Virus record (IMG/VR): IMGVR_UViG_3300043418_000072
Coordinates: 1 to 64,000 of that record
Length of the DNA stretch: 64,000 nt
Direction: 5' to 3' (one strand)
The notes beneath the pieces are model-generated. The model searched no databases, was not told the origin of the DNA, and saw nothing but the letters and a program-made list of their open reading frames with translations. How positions within the stretch are numbered: position 1 is the stretch's first letter; each line of letters opens with the position of its first letter. Below are positions 25,798-37,799 of this stretch, piece by piece. The position numbers were made by a program, and so were the translations under genes.

Positions 25798-28700
25798 ATG
25801 GCAGCTACAAAAACAATTAACTTTTTACCTGAGATTTTTCAGACCGATACAAACAAGAAATTTCTTAACGCGACCCTAGACCAATTAATTAGTGAACCTA
25901 ATTTTAAAAAGGTCAATGGATACATTGGTAGAAAGTTTGCGCCGACGTTTAAAACAACTGACAGCTACATCAGCGAAATTGATGCAGCTCGTCAAAACTA
26001 TCAACTTGAGCCAAGTACTGTAATCGTTAACCCACAAACTGACACTGTTGATTTTTATAGCAGCTATGTTGATTTAATTAACAAGATTAAATTTTACGGT
26101 GGTAATGTTGACAACCATAGCCGTTTGTTCTCTAATGAAATGTACAGCTTTGACGGTAAGTTTGACTTTGACAAGTTTATTAACTTCTCGCAGTACTACT
26201 GGATTGAAAATGGCCCTGAGTCTGTTATGATCAGTGCCAGCGGTGTACCAACTGAATACTCTTGGGATGTAACAATTGATTCTACTACCGGTGCATACAA
26301 CTTCGCAAGTAAAGCTGGCGCAGATAACAACCCAAACATTACACTAGCATACGGTGGCAAGTACACCTTTAACGTTAAGGCTGGCGAATTCTGGATCCAA
26401 GCTAAACCCGGCACTAGTGGATTTGACAGCGACCACCCAAACATTAACGTGCGACAAGTTCTTGGCGTAGCAAACAACGGAGCCACAACAGGATCAGTTG
26501 AGTTTATTGTACCGCAACCAAACGGTCAATCGCGTTACACTGATATGCCATTGTCACAAAGTGTTGACTATGCTACTACTATTGCATTCAGAGACATCAA
26601 TGGTGCAACCTCTGCAGACTTTATCTCTCAGTTTAATGGCTTTGATGGTGTTTCTGCTGCAATTAACGGTAAGAGAATTATTTTTGTTGGTAGTAACATC
26701 GACGAATACTACTGGACTAGCGCACTAACAAATAACGATGTAGTTCCAACCGCCGACCGTTCTAAAACTTGGCAAGTACAAGTGGATCAAAACACTGACA
26801 TCATCACTTTGGTGCCAGCAGAGATCGTAAACAAGAACGAACGTGTTTACATTAAGTCTGGTAATACAAATGCAAGCAAGAACTTCTTCCTTGACTACAC
26901 TGGATTCTATAAAGAAGTACCATTATTAACTGCTCCGTTGAAGACATTGTTCTATCAAAACTCATTGAGCGGATTGTCAGCTGGTATTATTTCTCTAGTA
27001 GACCCAGCAAGTGCAGTAATTGATCCAGCGTCGGACATTGTAGGACAGAAGTCGTACATTAGTCCAACTGGTGTAGTGTTTACTAACGGACTTCGTATTA
27101 GATTTGATACTACAGCAATTAACGGGTACGCAGATAACGAATACTATGTTGAAGGCGTTGGGTCTGCCATTAGATTGGTTCCGGTTGCGGCATTGATTGC
27201 ACCTGAGCTACCAAACTTGTCCACTCACGATTATTTGACCATTAACCGTAGCAGTTTAAGTGTTAACGCATGGAGCCGTAGCAATCGCTGGTTCCACGTT
27301 GACGTGTTAAAAGCTACCGCAGCATACAACAACGAAGACTTAGTCTTAGATCAAAGTCTAAGAGCAAGCCGTTCTATCATTGAATTTGAACCAGACGTTC
27401 AATTGTTTAACTACGGTTTTGTTGCCAAGAACCCAATTGACATTTTTGATACTAGCATTACCAATGCTTACACTCAAATTGAAAACAAAGCCACAGACAA
27501 CGACACTACATTAACTGTAACCAACAGTGGTATTACACTGACACTAACACACGGCGATAGAGTAATTTTCTCTAACGATTCGAGTCCAACTGTTAGAAGT
27601 AAAATTTATGTGTTTAAAATTGTAGACATTAGTGAAAACATTAACGTCCAACAATACATCGGTAACATTGTTGAGGCAGACGATGCAGAGATTGTTGCCC
27701 GTAATAACCTATTAGTGACTGGCGGCACAAGTGCTGGAAAAGAAATCTGGTATGATGGCACAAGCTGGCACACTGCCCAACAAAAAACAGCAGTAAACCA
27801 AGCACCGTTGTTTGATATGTACGACGAAGCAGGAAACAGCTTTGGTGATACAAACTATTATGTTAACACCAGCTTTGCAGGTACCAAGTTATTTTCTTAT
27901 AAGCCAGGCACAGGCGCAAATGACCTAGTGCTTGGATTCCCATTAAGCTACCGTACGTTTAACAACGTGGGTGATATTCAATACGAAAACAACTTTGATG
28001 TTGACACGTTTACATACCTAGTTAGTCCATCAACTAAAGTTGAGAGCATTAACACTGGATATCTACATGTAACAACTGCAATTGATACACACGATACTAC
28101 AAACATCTGGACAAAGACAACAGAGAAAAGCAAGCAATATCAGATTATTCGTCACACTGCTGATGGAACTAATAACTTGTTTGAAATTGACATATTGCCG
28201 AACCCAAGCGCGGATATTCCTAACGTTAAAGTTCTTGTAAACAGTAAAGTAATTGATGTAACTAACTTTGGATTAACACAAATTGGCGCACGATATGCAG
28301 TATTGATTAACCCAACATTGTTGGCAGTCGGTGATAGCGTTGACTTGTTAATCTATAGCAGCAGTGTTAGTAAGTTAGGATACTACCAAGTTCCATCTAA
28401 CTTAGATAATAACTCACTAAACGGAAACTTTACATCATTGACATTGGGACAAATTCGTAATCACTTGATTACGTTAAGTCAAAATTCTCAATCAGTAACT
28501 GGTACAGTACCAGGTAATAACAACCTACGAGACATCAACATCAAAGCCAATGGTGGCAACATTTTAAAACATGCTAGCCCAGTGGTGTACAGCAGCTTGT
28601 TCTTAGTTGACGGGACAATGAATTTTGTTGACGGACTACGTAACGCACAAAAAGAATATGCCAAGTTCAAGAATAAAATCCTTGAGCTATCAACTCAAAT

Positions 28701-31700
28701 TGAAATAGATGTAAACGACATTGCCGGTTCTCTTGATACTATCATTGGTACAATCAATGCAGTAAAGAACTCCAACTTCCCTTGGTACTATAGCGATATG
28801 GCTCCGTGGGGACAAAACAAAACTACTCTGCCATTGTATACTGTATTAGATCCACGAATTCGTGAATACGAATTAACTAAGATCTTTAATGATACTGAGT
28901 TAAGCAATCTTGCGGTGCTGGTATATTTGACTCGCACAGTTAACGGTGCAACCACAAAAGAATTGCTAGTTAAAGGTCGAGACTATGTGTTTAACAGTGA
29001 CAGACCTACTATCACTGTGGTTGATTCGTTCAACTTAAACTACAACGACATTATCACTATCGTAGAATATAGCAATACCGACGGTAACTATATTCCTGAA
29101 ACACCATCTAAGATGGGTATGTGGACTTCATCGGTTCCGATGATCTATTCCGACGATACATTTGCTAGTGGTCCAGTTGATGTAATCCAAGGACACGACG
29201 GAAGCATTACACCTGCGTTTGGTGATTACCGCGATGCTATCTTGCTTGAATTTGAACGTAGAATCTACAACAACATTAAGCAAGAGTTGACACCATTGGT
29301 TGTGCAAGCAGGAAGCCAATTCCCTGGACGTTTCCGTGTAACAGATTACAGCCTAGCTGAATTTAACCAAGTGTTAAGCTCAAATTTCTTGAGCTGGGTT
29401 GGTAACAACAGACTTGACTACACTACAAATAACTATTTCCAAAGTAACAATCCTTGGACTTGGAACTACAAAAATTTCAAAGATGTGCTAACAGGTGATT
29501 ACTTACCGGGCACATGGAGAGCAATTTTTGATTATTTCTACGATACAGATCGTCCTCACACACATCCATGGGAAATGTTAGGTTTCACCGAGAAGCCAGA
29601 TTACTGGGATGACCGTTACGGTGCCGCACCATACACAGGTGGTAACTTAGTACTATGGACAGACTTGAGTTTAGGTTATATCCATGCAGGAGACCGTGCA
29701 GGTATCTACGCTGAGTTTGCTCGTCCTGGATTATTGAATATTATCCCCGTAGATGACAACGGTAATTTGCGCAGCCCTGAAAAATTTGCAGTACTAGATT
29801 TTGATAGTTCGAAGGCAAACTCGAGCTATGCAGTGGGCGATTTTGGCCCAGTTGAAACTGCATGGCGCCGTAGCAGCGATTATCCGTTTGTTTTAATGCA
29901 AACATTGGCTCTGTTAAAGCCTGCCTACTTCTTCTCAAACTTTGCTAACATTGACCGTTACAAGTACAATAATAACATTGCACAATACCTAGTAAGCCCA
30001 GGTAACCAACACCTTACTCCTACTAGCTTAGAAGTAAACGGTGCAGTAGATTCCAATGGCAATATCCAACGCACTGCTGGATATGTTAACTGGATTAGCG
30101 ATTACCTAAAGAACTTAGGCATCGGCGAACCGCAGGCTAAAATTAAAACTTACCTGAAAAACTTAAACGTACAGTTGAGCTACAAAGCAGCAGGTTTTAC
30201 AGACAAGCGTTATATTAACTTGCTAGCGGAACAAGGTAGCCCAAACTCAACTAGTGACAGTATTATTATCCCTGACGATAACTATCGCGTTGAACTGTTT
30301 AAATCAGTTCCTACTAATAAGATTGCGTACAGTGCAGTTATTGTTGAGCGTAGTCAGAATGGTTACACAGTAAGCGGCTACAACCTAAGCAGCCCTTACT
30401 TTACAATCGTACCTAGCCTATCTAATAACAACGCCTATACGATTACTGCTGGTAAAGCAAGAGGCGTAATATACAAAGACTATCAGAAAGTTCGTGTACG
30501 TGTTCCGTACGGATTTGAATTTAAAACAACACAAGAAGTAGTTGACTTCTTGGTAAGCTACCAACGTCAATTACAAAGCCAAGGTTTTGTATTTACAGAA
30601 TTTGATAATGACTTAGGTGCAAAGCAAGATTGGATATTGAGCGCACGAGAATTTTTAACTTGGGCACAACAAGGATGGCAAGCTGGTAATGTTATCATCT
30701 TGAGTCCAGTTAACCAATCGTTGTCAGTAAAGTCAACTAACACAGTAGTGGACGAGATCACAAACTTGCCAACAGGATCTAAAGTAATGGATCCTAACTT
30801 TAGTGTAATTAAACCTAGTGCATTCTCAGTGATCCGCGAAGACAATAAATTTAATATCTCAACCACTAAAGGTCAGACTATTGCGTTTGCGGAATTGCAC
30901 CTAGTGCAGTACGAACATGTATTAATATTTGATAACAAGACTTCGTTTAACGATATTATCTATAGTCCAGACACTGGTAACAGACAATACCGCTTGAAAC
31001 TAATTGGTAGCAAGACTGCTGATTGGTCTGGAGCACTTAACCCGGCTGGCTTCATCTACAACAACAACAAAGTTGATGAATGGCAACAAGGCAAGGACTA
31101 CAAAAAAGGTTCGTTAGTTTCATACAAGAATAGTTACTATGTTGCATTAGGCAAAGTAGTTGCGGCTGATTTGTTTGATATTAAACAGTGGAAGCAAATT
31201 GACCAGAACAGCATCAAGACTGGTCTGTTGCCTAACTTTGCTACTAACGCTGCAAAATTTGAATCTATCTACGACATTAACAATCAACCAGTTGATGAAG
31301 AACTAAACTTCTATAGCAACGGTATTACTGGATTCAGAGAGCGTCAGTACTTAACTGACTTAGCACTTGATGTAGAAACACAAAGCAAATTCTACCAAGG
31401 GTATATTAAGCAAAAAGGTACAAAGAACGCGATCCTTGCATTGGCGCAAGCGCAGCTAGCTAACATTAGCAACGAGATTACCGTATCAGAAGAGTGGGCA
31501 TTGCGTGTCGGCGAATACGGCGCAACTGATAGCGATCGTTTTGTTGAATTGCAACTCGACGAAGCGATTATAACTAACAATCCTGCACCGATACAGCTTC
31601 TAAAAGATAATGAAGTTCCATTGCGTGGAGTAGCACATTACTACCCTCGAGAAGTATACAGAAGTTCTTTAACTCACACTCCCGACATGTTTGGTGATTA

Positions 31701-34700
31701 TGTGTCAACTGCCGATGACGTGGGCTATCCAACTGCTGGTTATGTAAACATTGATGACGTAGATGCTACTATTTTTGACATTCAAAATTTTGCAGACCTT
31801 GGAAACGTGTTAAACAAAATTGGTACTGGATTTACTATCTGGGCTGCAAAAGGGTTTAGCGGAGACTGGGATGTTTACCGAGTAAGCGAAACAGAGTGTG
31901 CGGTCACAGGATTGTCATACAGCATCAACAATTACGCAACAGTGACCACAAGTGCAGAGCACAATTTATCAATCGGTGATATTGTTGCAGTTCGTAGATT
32001 TGATGATAGATTTGATGGCTTCTACCAAGTGTATGCCATTAATGGAATTAACAGTTTCACAATTGGATTGCGCCAAAACTACAAACTACTAAGTCAGTTA
32101 CAGACAGTGTCGGGTAACGGAATTTTATTTAAGTTAGCAAGTGGTCGTATGGCAAACCCAACAGAAATCGACTCACATACTCCGCCATACGGATGGGTAC
32201 AGAACGACAAAGTCTGGGTTGATACATTGGATGCAGCAGGTAACTGGGGAGTCTACAATAAAACTAGCCCATGGGAATCTGCAACTAAGATTTATCTAAA
32301 CAGCAGTGAATACCAGGGCCAAGACAACTTTGGTCAAAGTTTGAAAATTTCAAGCGATGGTAAGATTATGTTTGCTGGCGCTCCAAATAGCGGCACCGGT
32401 CGAGCAGCGATCTTCTTAAAGACAACCGATGGCGAATGGTTAGAAAACAGTAATTTCGTAGTTGGTAGCACAGGTACTAGCGGCTTCGGACAAGTAATTG
32501 ATGCTAGCGATAGATCGTTTGTAATTGCAGCCCCAAGAAGTTTGTCAAACACTGGTTATGTGTACGTATACTCTGTAGACGTAGCAACTGGCGTGTCAAT
32601 GAGTCAAGTCATAACGGTACCAACTGGACAAGCAAACGACTTATTTGGCGCAAGTCTTGCAGTTAGTCAGAATGGTAACTGGTTGTACATTGGTGCGCCG
32701 GGCGCAGGAAAAGTGTATGCTTATGGATTGTTTGCTGATTCTACTAATATCCAAACTCTTGCAGCCACTGGTAGCAATAATGACTTTACATTAACTAATC
32801 AAACAATTACAGATCCAAGTGAGCTGCTAGTTAACGGTGATACGACGTTAGTTCCTAACGTTGATTTTACAATTATCGACGTTAGTGGAACATACAAGAT
32901 CCGATTCTTAGTTAACGGCATGGCCACCCCGCCTGCGGCTGGCCCAATCCTAGTAACAGTACACTCTCGTTACAAGTTAATCGATACATGGATTCAGGGC
33001 AACGGGTTTGGTACTAGCGTTGCATGTAACCCTGCAGGAGATCAAATTGCAATTGGTGCAAACACTGCAACAGTCGGCAGCGTTGCTAATGCTGGTAAGG
33101 GCTACGTATATGACCGTATGGTTGAAGGCTTCTATGCAAACGGGTCGAATAACACATTTATCCCTGTGCGACAAATCGGTAGCACACGCAGAGTAACAGC
33201 AAATAATGTAGAACAAATTGCAGGAGTTGATTACAATATCGTCGGTAACAACGTTCAATTTGTAGTAGCTCCGACAGCAGGTACATTGATTAACATTGAG
33301 ACTAACCAGTTTAACTTGATTCAAACATTGTCTAGCAGTACTGCAACTGATGGTCAACGCTTTGGTACAAAGGTAGTTATTAGTCCAGACACTACTAAGA
33401 TTTACTTTAGTGCTCCGTACTTTAACTTGCCGTACTACAGAAGCGGCGCAGTATACACCTTTGCAAACCAAGGTCGTCTATACGGATCCATTATTGGTAC
33501 AGTAGCTAATCCAACAGTTACGCCAGGTCACAGTATCCGTGTTAACACAGTTGAAATTCAGTTCACTAGCAATACATTGGCGCACGTTGTTAGTAAGATT
33601 AACGGTGCTGGTATTCCCGGTATTACAGCATTTGATGACAACGGTCACTTGAAGATTGTGTCTGCTCGTGTTACTTCGTTTAACAACATTGGTGTGTTAA
33701 CTAAGAGTAATAAACTAGACGTATTGCCGGGCAGCGGAACTACACTGGCTCCTGGAACAGGAACAGCATTAGTTGATTTGGGACTAACAATCTTTGTTCA
33801 GACTCAAACTATCACACACCCAATGAGCAATGAAAACGAATTCTTTGGTTCGGCTCTTGCTATTAGCGACAATGCCACAACATTGGCTATTGGTAGCACA
33901 GGTGCTAAGACTATCAACGGAACATCGTTTGATTCAACCGAAACGACATTTGACGTTGGTAGCTTGAACTTTAAGGATGCTATTGCCAACAGTGGTGCGG
34001 TATACATTTACGATTTGATGGACAACCCATTTGAATCAATTGATAATCCAGCATTGTTTGCTTACGTACAACAGTTGCAGGCACCGGCACTTGATGACAA
34101 CTTTAACTTTGGTGCGTCAATTGACATTGTTGGTAATTACATTGTTGCTGGCGCAATCAATGATTACTCAATTACTGCACGTGGCGGTAGCATCTATGCG
34201 TTTGAAAACACAATGGGCACACAAGGGTGGGACTTGATTCGTTTCAATGAAACTCGTGTTGAGCCAAACAGCATTGACAAGTTGTACATCTATAACACAA
34301 AGACACAGAACATTACTGCTAGACTAGATTACTTTGATCCAGTTAAAGGCAAGTTGTTGGGTGTTGCACAACAAGACATTGATTATGCAAGCATAACTGA
34401 CCCAGCAATTTACAACGACGGTACTGGTGTCGACACTGGCCCTACTAGTAAGTTTGATACAACATTCCACTGGACAAATGCACAAGTTGGCAAGACATGG
34501 TGGGACACAGATCAAATGCGTTTTATTGATTACGAACAAGGTGATATTGTGTACCGTAGCAAGCACTGGGGTGATATGTTCCCTGGCAGCAATGTTAAGG
34601 TATACGAGTGGGTTGAGAGCAGCGTATTGCCAAGCAAGTATGTTGAAAGTGGCGGCAACGGAATTCCTAGAGATGACTCAAACGGCGCATTTGTTAGCTA

Positions 34701-37700
34701 TACATTTGTTGATGCAGCAACTGGCTTGTTTAAGACATTGTATTATTTCTGGGTAAGTGATAAAACCACTGTTGATGTTATCAAAACTAACAGAACAAAC
34801 AGTGTAAGCACAATCCAACAAATTATTAAGAATCCAAAAGACCAAGGGATCTCTTATGTTGCTGCATTGGCTAAAAATGCAATTAGTTTGTACAACGTGA
34901 ACTCGTTCTTAACAGGAACAGACGCAGTGTTGCATATTGATTACAGCCCTGCAACTAGCACAAACATTATTCATAGCGAATATCAGCTAGTTGAAGAGAA
35001 CAGCGATGCGACACCAATTCCGACTCGTATTATTACCAAGATGCAAGACAGTTTATCTGGGCTTGACCGTGCGGGATTAGTAGTACCAGATCCGGAGCTA
35101 ACTGCGGTTGCACAGGTAGGTATTGATATTCGTCCTCGCCAAACTATGTTCGTGGATCGTTTAGCAGCACTAGAGAATTTTGTAAAATACGTAAACAGTA
35201 TTTTTGCATTGTACCCGATTGTTGACAGCAGAGACATTTCTACATTAGAAGCAGGGGCGCCAATTCCGGCTGCTGGTACAGGCGAATGGGATGCTAAGAT
35301 TGCAGAGCGCATTGAATTAGATTACATTGTAACATCAGCTCTTGCTGATGGCTATAAGATCTTAATTGAGTCTGACAGTGAGCATAGTGGCTTATGGACA
35401 ATCTTTAAATGGATTTCTGCAACTCAAAGCTGGTTCTTAGTAAGAATTCAAAGTTTTGCCACCAGCATCTACTGGACAAAGATTGATTGGTATGCAACTG
35501 ATTTTGACTACACTCAAAAGCCAACACACACCATTGATCGTTATTACCAACTTGATAAGCTAGCTTTAACAGCAGGCGACACTATCAAGTTGAACGACAA
35601 TGGTGCTGGACGATTTGTGTACTACCGTGTTGCTAGCGATTTATCGTTAACTCAAGTGGGTATCCAAGATGGAACTATCGAGTTGTCAAGCAGCATCTAT
35701 GACCTGGAATCAGGTAACATGGCGTTCGACAACGACAACTTTGACACTGTTCGATTCGACCAAAACCCTAACCAAGAAGTTCGCTACATCTTTGATAGTG
35801 TGTACAATGACATCTTTACTAAGGAAATTAAGGTTGAATTTAACAAGCTATTCTTTGGATTAGTGAACTATATTTTCAGCGAACAAAAGTCCACTGATTG
35901 GATCTTTAAGACCAGCTTTATCCGTGTACTACACAAGATTCGTGATCTTGTGCAATACCCTAGCTATGTTAAAGACAACCAAACATTCTACGAAGACTAC
36001 ATTAACGAAGTTAAGCCATATCGCACACAAATCCGTGAATACGTACCTTTATACAGAGGTACTGATTACCTACACGCAGGTGCAACAGACTTTGACTTGC
36101 CGTCGTACTACGACACAGTGTCTAGTACATTCCGCAGTCCAGACGGCACATACACAACCGACGCTGAGTTGTTAACTACTGCAAATTATGCAGACTGGAA
36201 TAACAATCACACCTATAGCGTAGTCGAAATTGACATCGCAAATGGTGGTACTGGTTATACATTGACTCCGAACGTCGAAGTATCGGGCGGCAATGGTTCA
36301 GGCGTAGTTGCACATGCAACAATTAACGTCACTTACGGAAACGTTGCAAGCGTTACTATTATTAGTCCTGGTTCAGGCTTTACTACTCCTCCGGTTGTTA
36401 CTGTTAACGGTAACGGTACTGGTGCAATTCTTGTACCTAAGTTAAAGAACGTATTCTTTAAGCCAGATCCTGCCAGCAGCTACAATACAGTGCGTACATT
36501 TGATACAACTATTAAATTTGACCGCACTAACTTTACAAGCAACGTAGTGGACTGGGCTGCAAATACAGCGTATTCTGCAACGGTGTCAACTGGTACAGGT
36601 ACAGGTAACATCTGGCTAGCAAGTGGCAACTTAGTTACATACAACAATATCATTTACAAGCCAGTGGCTGCAAATGCAAACACTCATGCAACATTTGATT
36701 CTAGTTTGTTTGAAGTTGTTAATGCTGGTAACGCACTAATCAGAGCAAACGATCGTATAATGGGCTACTATCAGCCAGGTGTTGGTATGCCAGCTCGTGT
36801 GGTCTCTATGCTAATCGACGGCACCGAGTATCCAGGGGTAAATGTAACTGGTGGCAAATTTGATAGCTTTACAAGCAACGTCAATGTTGGTGCAACTGTG
36901 GCATTCTTTAGCGCAAACTCAAGTATCATTAGCACTAATGCAAATGTTGATTTCATTGAATTAGGTTACGAATTGAACCAACAAATTACAGTGATTGGGT
37001 CAGCTAACAATAACAAGGTATTTGGTATTGTTGACGTAAGCGCAAACACAATGATCTTAGATACTGCCCTAGTATCAAATGAAAGCGTTGGTGCAAACGT
37101 AACCCTACGTTACTTAGATTATACTGATACCAGCAAGATTGATGGTACAATTTCTAGTAGCTACCTTGATAGTGCATTAGGTACCCGCCCAGAAGATATT
37201 AATATCGATGGTGGTGCATACGTAGACACATTCAGCAGCCATGCTCCTGAAGAGTTGATTCCTGGACGTGTATACGACACATTGTCGATGACAGTATTTA
37301 CTAAGATTTCTGGCAACACCGTAACTCTTGGGCACAGAGTGTTCCAAAACATGAACGGTCAAGTGCAGTATCACCGTATTACGGATGCAAATACAACCAC
37401 TTTGATCGCCGACTTATCCCTAAGTGATAGTAACGTTCATGTAACAAATGCTAGCGTATTACCTGCACCTAACGCAGAACAGGGTCATCCTGGTATTGTG
37501 TTTATTAACGGCGAAAAGATCACATATTACACAATTGATACTGTAAATAATGTGTTAGGTCAGATCCGTCGTGGTGTTGATGGCACAGGCGCCCCGTTAA
37601 CTCATGTTGCTGGTAGCCGCGTTGTTGATGCTAGTATGCAACAAATTGTTCCCGGAAGTACCACAACTGAATCATGGTTAAACATGACAGCTAACGTAGC

Positions 37701-37776
37701 AGATGGGACAGGATTTGAGGGATCTACCACAAGCGAAGTAACGTTCCTTAAAGCTAGCCCAAGTTATACACCATGA
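25798..37776 (+). CDS. Giant baseplate wedge/structural protein (3992 aa, gp7-like position) with FG-GAP propeller and CBM-like modules
   Basis: Uninterrupted 12 kb ORF after gp6. Seven FG-x-S-x-A...GA repeats (~32320-34200). W..GK.Y..G.LV.Y chitin-binding-like motifs (~31080 and ~36550). Confidence 0.75.
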   Translation: MAATKTINFLPEIFQTDTNKKFLNATLDQLISEPNFKKVNGYIGRKFAPTFKTTDSYISEIDAARQNYQLEPSTVIVNPQTDTVDFYSSYVDLINKIKFYGGNVDNHSRLFSNEMYSFDGKFDFDKFINFSQYYWIENGPESVMISASGVPTEYSWDVTIDSTTGAYNFASKAGADNNPNITLAYGGKYTFNVKAGEFWIQAKPGTSGFDSDHPNINVRQVLGVANNGATTGSVEFIVPQPNGQSRYTDMPLSQSVDYATTIAFRDINGATSADFISQFNGFDGVSAAINGKRIIFVGSNIDEYYWTSALTNNDVVPTADRSKTWQVQVDQNTDIITLVPAEIVNKNERVYIKSGNTNASKNFFLDYTGFYKEVPLLTAPLKTLFYQNSLSGLSAGIISLVDPASAVIDPASDIVGQKSYISPTGVVFTNGLRIRFDTTAINGYADNEYYVEGVGSAIRLVPVAALIAPELPNLSTHDYLTINRSSLSVNAWSRSNRWFHVDVLKATAAYNNEDLVLDQSLRASRSIIEFEPDVQLFNYGFVAKNPIDIFDTSITNAYTQIENKATDNDTTLTVTNSGITLTLTHGDRVIFSNDSSPTVRSKIYVFKIVDISENINVQQYIGNIVEADDAEIVARNNLLVTGGTSAGKEIWYDGTSWHTAQQKTAVNQAPLFDMYDEAGNSFGDTNYYVNTSFAGTKLFSYKPGTGANDLVLGFPLSYRTFNNVGDIQYENNFDVDTFTYLVSPSTKVESINTGYLHVTTAIDTHDTTNIWTKTTEKSKQYQIIRHTADGTNNLFEIDILPNPSADIPNVKVLVNSKVIDVTNFGLTQIGARYAVLINPTLLAVGDSVDLLIYSSSVSKLGYYQVPSNLDNNSLNGNFTSLTLGQIRNHLITLSQNSQSVTGTVPGNNNLRDINIKANGGNILKHASPVVYSSLFLVDGTMNFVDGLRNAQKEYAKFKNKILELSTQIEIDVNDIAGSLDTIIGTINAVKNSNFPWYYSDMAPWGQNKTTLPLYTVLDPRIREYELTKIFNDTELSNLAVLVYLTRTVNGATTKELLVKGRDYVFNSDRPTITVVDSFNLNYNDIITIVEYSNTDGNYIPETPSKMGMWTSSVPMIYSDDTFASGPVDVIQGHDGSITPAFGDYRDAILLEFERRIYNNIKQELTPLVVQAGSQFPGRFRVTDYSLAEFNQVLSSNFLSWVGNNRLDYTTNNYFQSNNPWTWNYKNFKDVLTGDYLPGTWRAIFDYFYDTDRPHTHPWEMLGFTEKPDYWDDRYGAAPYTGGNLVLWTDLSLGYIHAGDRAGIYAEFARPGLLNIIPVDDNGNLRSPEKFAVLDFDSSKANSSYAVGDFGPVETAWRRSSDYPFVLMQTLALLKPAYFFSNFANIDRYKYNNNIAQYLVSPGNQHLTPTSLEVNGAVDSNGNIQRTAGYVNWISDYLKNLGIGEPQAKIKTYLKNLNVQLSYKAAGFTDKRYINLLAEQGSPNSTSDSIIIPDDNYRVELFKSVPTNKIAYSAVIVERSQNGYTVSGYNLSSPYFTIVPSLSNNNAYTITAGKARGVIYKDYQKVRVRVPYGFEFKTTQEVVDFLVSYQRQLQSQGFVFTEFDNDLGAKQDWILSAREFLTWAQQGWQAGNVIILSPVNQSLSVKSTNTVVDEITNLPTGSKVMDPNFSVIKPSAFSVIREDNKFNISTTKGQTIAFAELHLVQYEHVLIFDNKTSFNDIIYSPDTGNRQYRLKLIGSKTADWSGALNPAGFIYNNNKVDEWQQGKDYKKGSLVSYKNSYYVALGKVVAADLFDIKQWKQIDQNSIKTGLLPNFATNAAKFESIYDINNQPVDEELNFYSNGITGFRERQYLTDLALDVETQSKFYQGYIKQKGTKNAILALAQAQLANISNEITVSEEWALRVGEYGATDSDRFVELQLDEAIITNNPAPIQLLKDNEVPLRGVAHYYPREVYRSSLTHTPDMFGDYVSTADDVGYPTAGYVNIDDVDATIFDIQNFADLGNVLNKIGTGFTIWAAKGFSGDWDVYRVSETECAVTGLSYSINNYATVTTSAEHNLSIGDIVAVRRFDDRFDGFYQVYAINGINSFTIGLRQNYKLLSQLQTVSGNGILFKLASGRMANPTEIDSHTPPYGWVQNDKVWVDTLDAAGNWGVYNKTSPWESATKIYLNSSEYQGQDNFGQSLKISSDGKIMFAGAPNSGTGRAAIFLKTTDGEWLENSNFVVGSTGTSGFGQVIDASDRSFVIAAPRSLSNTGYVYVYSVDVATGVSMSQVITVPTGQANDLFGASLAVSQNGNWLYIGAPGAGKVYAYGLFADSTNIQTLAATGSNNDFTLTNQTITDPSELLVNGDTTLVPNVDFTIIDVSGTYKIRFLVNGMATPPAAGPILVTVHSRYKLIDTWIQGNGFGTSVACNPAGDQIAIGANTATVGSVANAGKGYVYDRMVEGFYANGSNNTFIPVRQIGSTRRVTANNVEQIAGVDYNIVGNNVQFVVAPTAGTLINIETNQFNLIQTLSSSTATDGQRFGTKVVISPDTTKIYFSAPYFNLPYYRSGAVYTFANQGRLYGSIIGTVANPTVTPGHSIRVNTVEIQFTSNTLAHVVSKINGAGIPGITAFDDNGHLKIVSARVTSFNNIGVLTKSNKLDVLPGSGTTLAPGTGTALVDLGLTIFVQTQTITHPMSNENEFFGSALAISDNATTLAIGSTGAKTINGTSFDSTETTFDVGSLNFKDAIANSGAVYIYDLMDNPFESIDNPALFAYVQQLQAPALDDNFNFGASIDIVGNYIVAGAINDYSITARGGSIYAFENTMGTQGWDLIRFNETRVEPNSIDKLYIYNTKTQNITARLDYFDPVKGKLLGVAQQDIDYASITDPAIYNDGTGVDTGPTSKFDTTFHWTNAQVGKTWWDTDQMRFIDYEQGDIVYRSKHWGDMFPGSNVKVYEWVESSVLPSKYVESGGNGIPRDDSNGAFVSYTFVDAATGLFKTLYYFWVSDKTTVDVIKTNRTNSVSTIQQIIKNPKDQGISYVAALAKNAISLYNVNSFLTGTDAVLHIDYSPATSTNIIHSEYQLVEENSDATPIPTRIITKMQDSLSGLDRAGLVVPDPELTAVAQVGIDIRPRQTMFVDRLAALENFVKYVNSIFALYPIVDSRDISTLEAGAPIPAAGTGEWDAKIAERIELDYIVTSALADGYKILIESDSEHSGLWTIFKWISATQSWFLVRIQSFATSIYWTKIDWYATDFDYTQKPTHTIDRYYQLDKLALTAGDTIKLNDNGAGRFVYYRVASDLSLTQVGIQDGTIELSSSIYDLESGNMAFDNDNFDTVRFDQNPNQEVRYIFDSVYNDIFTKEIKVEFNKLFFGLVNYIFSEQKSTDWIFKTSFIRVLHKIRDLVQYPSYVKDNQTFYEDYINEVKPYRTQIREYVPLYRGTDYLHAGATDFDLPSYYDTVSSTFRSPDGTYTTDAELLTTANYADWNNNHTYSVVEIDIANGGTGYTLTPNVEVSGGNGSGVVAHATINVTYGNVASVTIISPGSGFTTPPVVTVNGNGTGAILVPKLKNVFFKPDPASSYNTVRTFDTTIKFDRTNFTSNVVDWAANTAYSATVSTGTGTGNIWLASGNLVTYNNIIYKPVAANANTHATFDSSLFEVVNAGNALIRANDRIMGYYQPGVGMPARVVSMLIDGTEYPGVNVTGGKFDSFTSNVNVGATVAFFSANSSIISTNANVDFIELGYELNQQITVIGSANNNKVFGIVDVSANTMILDTALVSNESVGANVTLRYLDYTDTSKIDGTISSSYLDSALGTRPEDINIDGGAYVDTFSSHAPEELIPGRVYDTLSMTVFTKISGNTVTLGHRVFQNMNGQVQYHRITDANTTTLIADLSLSDSNVHVTNASVLPAPNAEQGHPGIVFINGEKITYYTIDTVNNVLGQIRRGVDGTGAPLTHVAGSRVVDASMQQIVPGSTTTESWLNMTANVADGTGFEGSTTSEVTFLKASPSYTP

Positions 37777-37799
37777 TAATGAATACAATAAATACAGAT

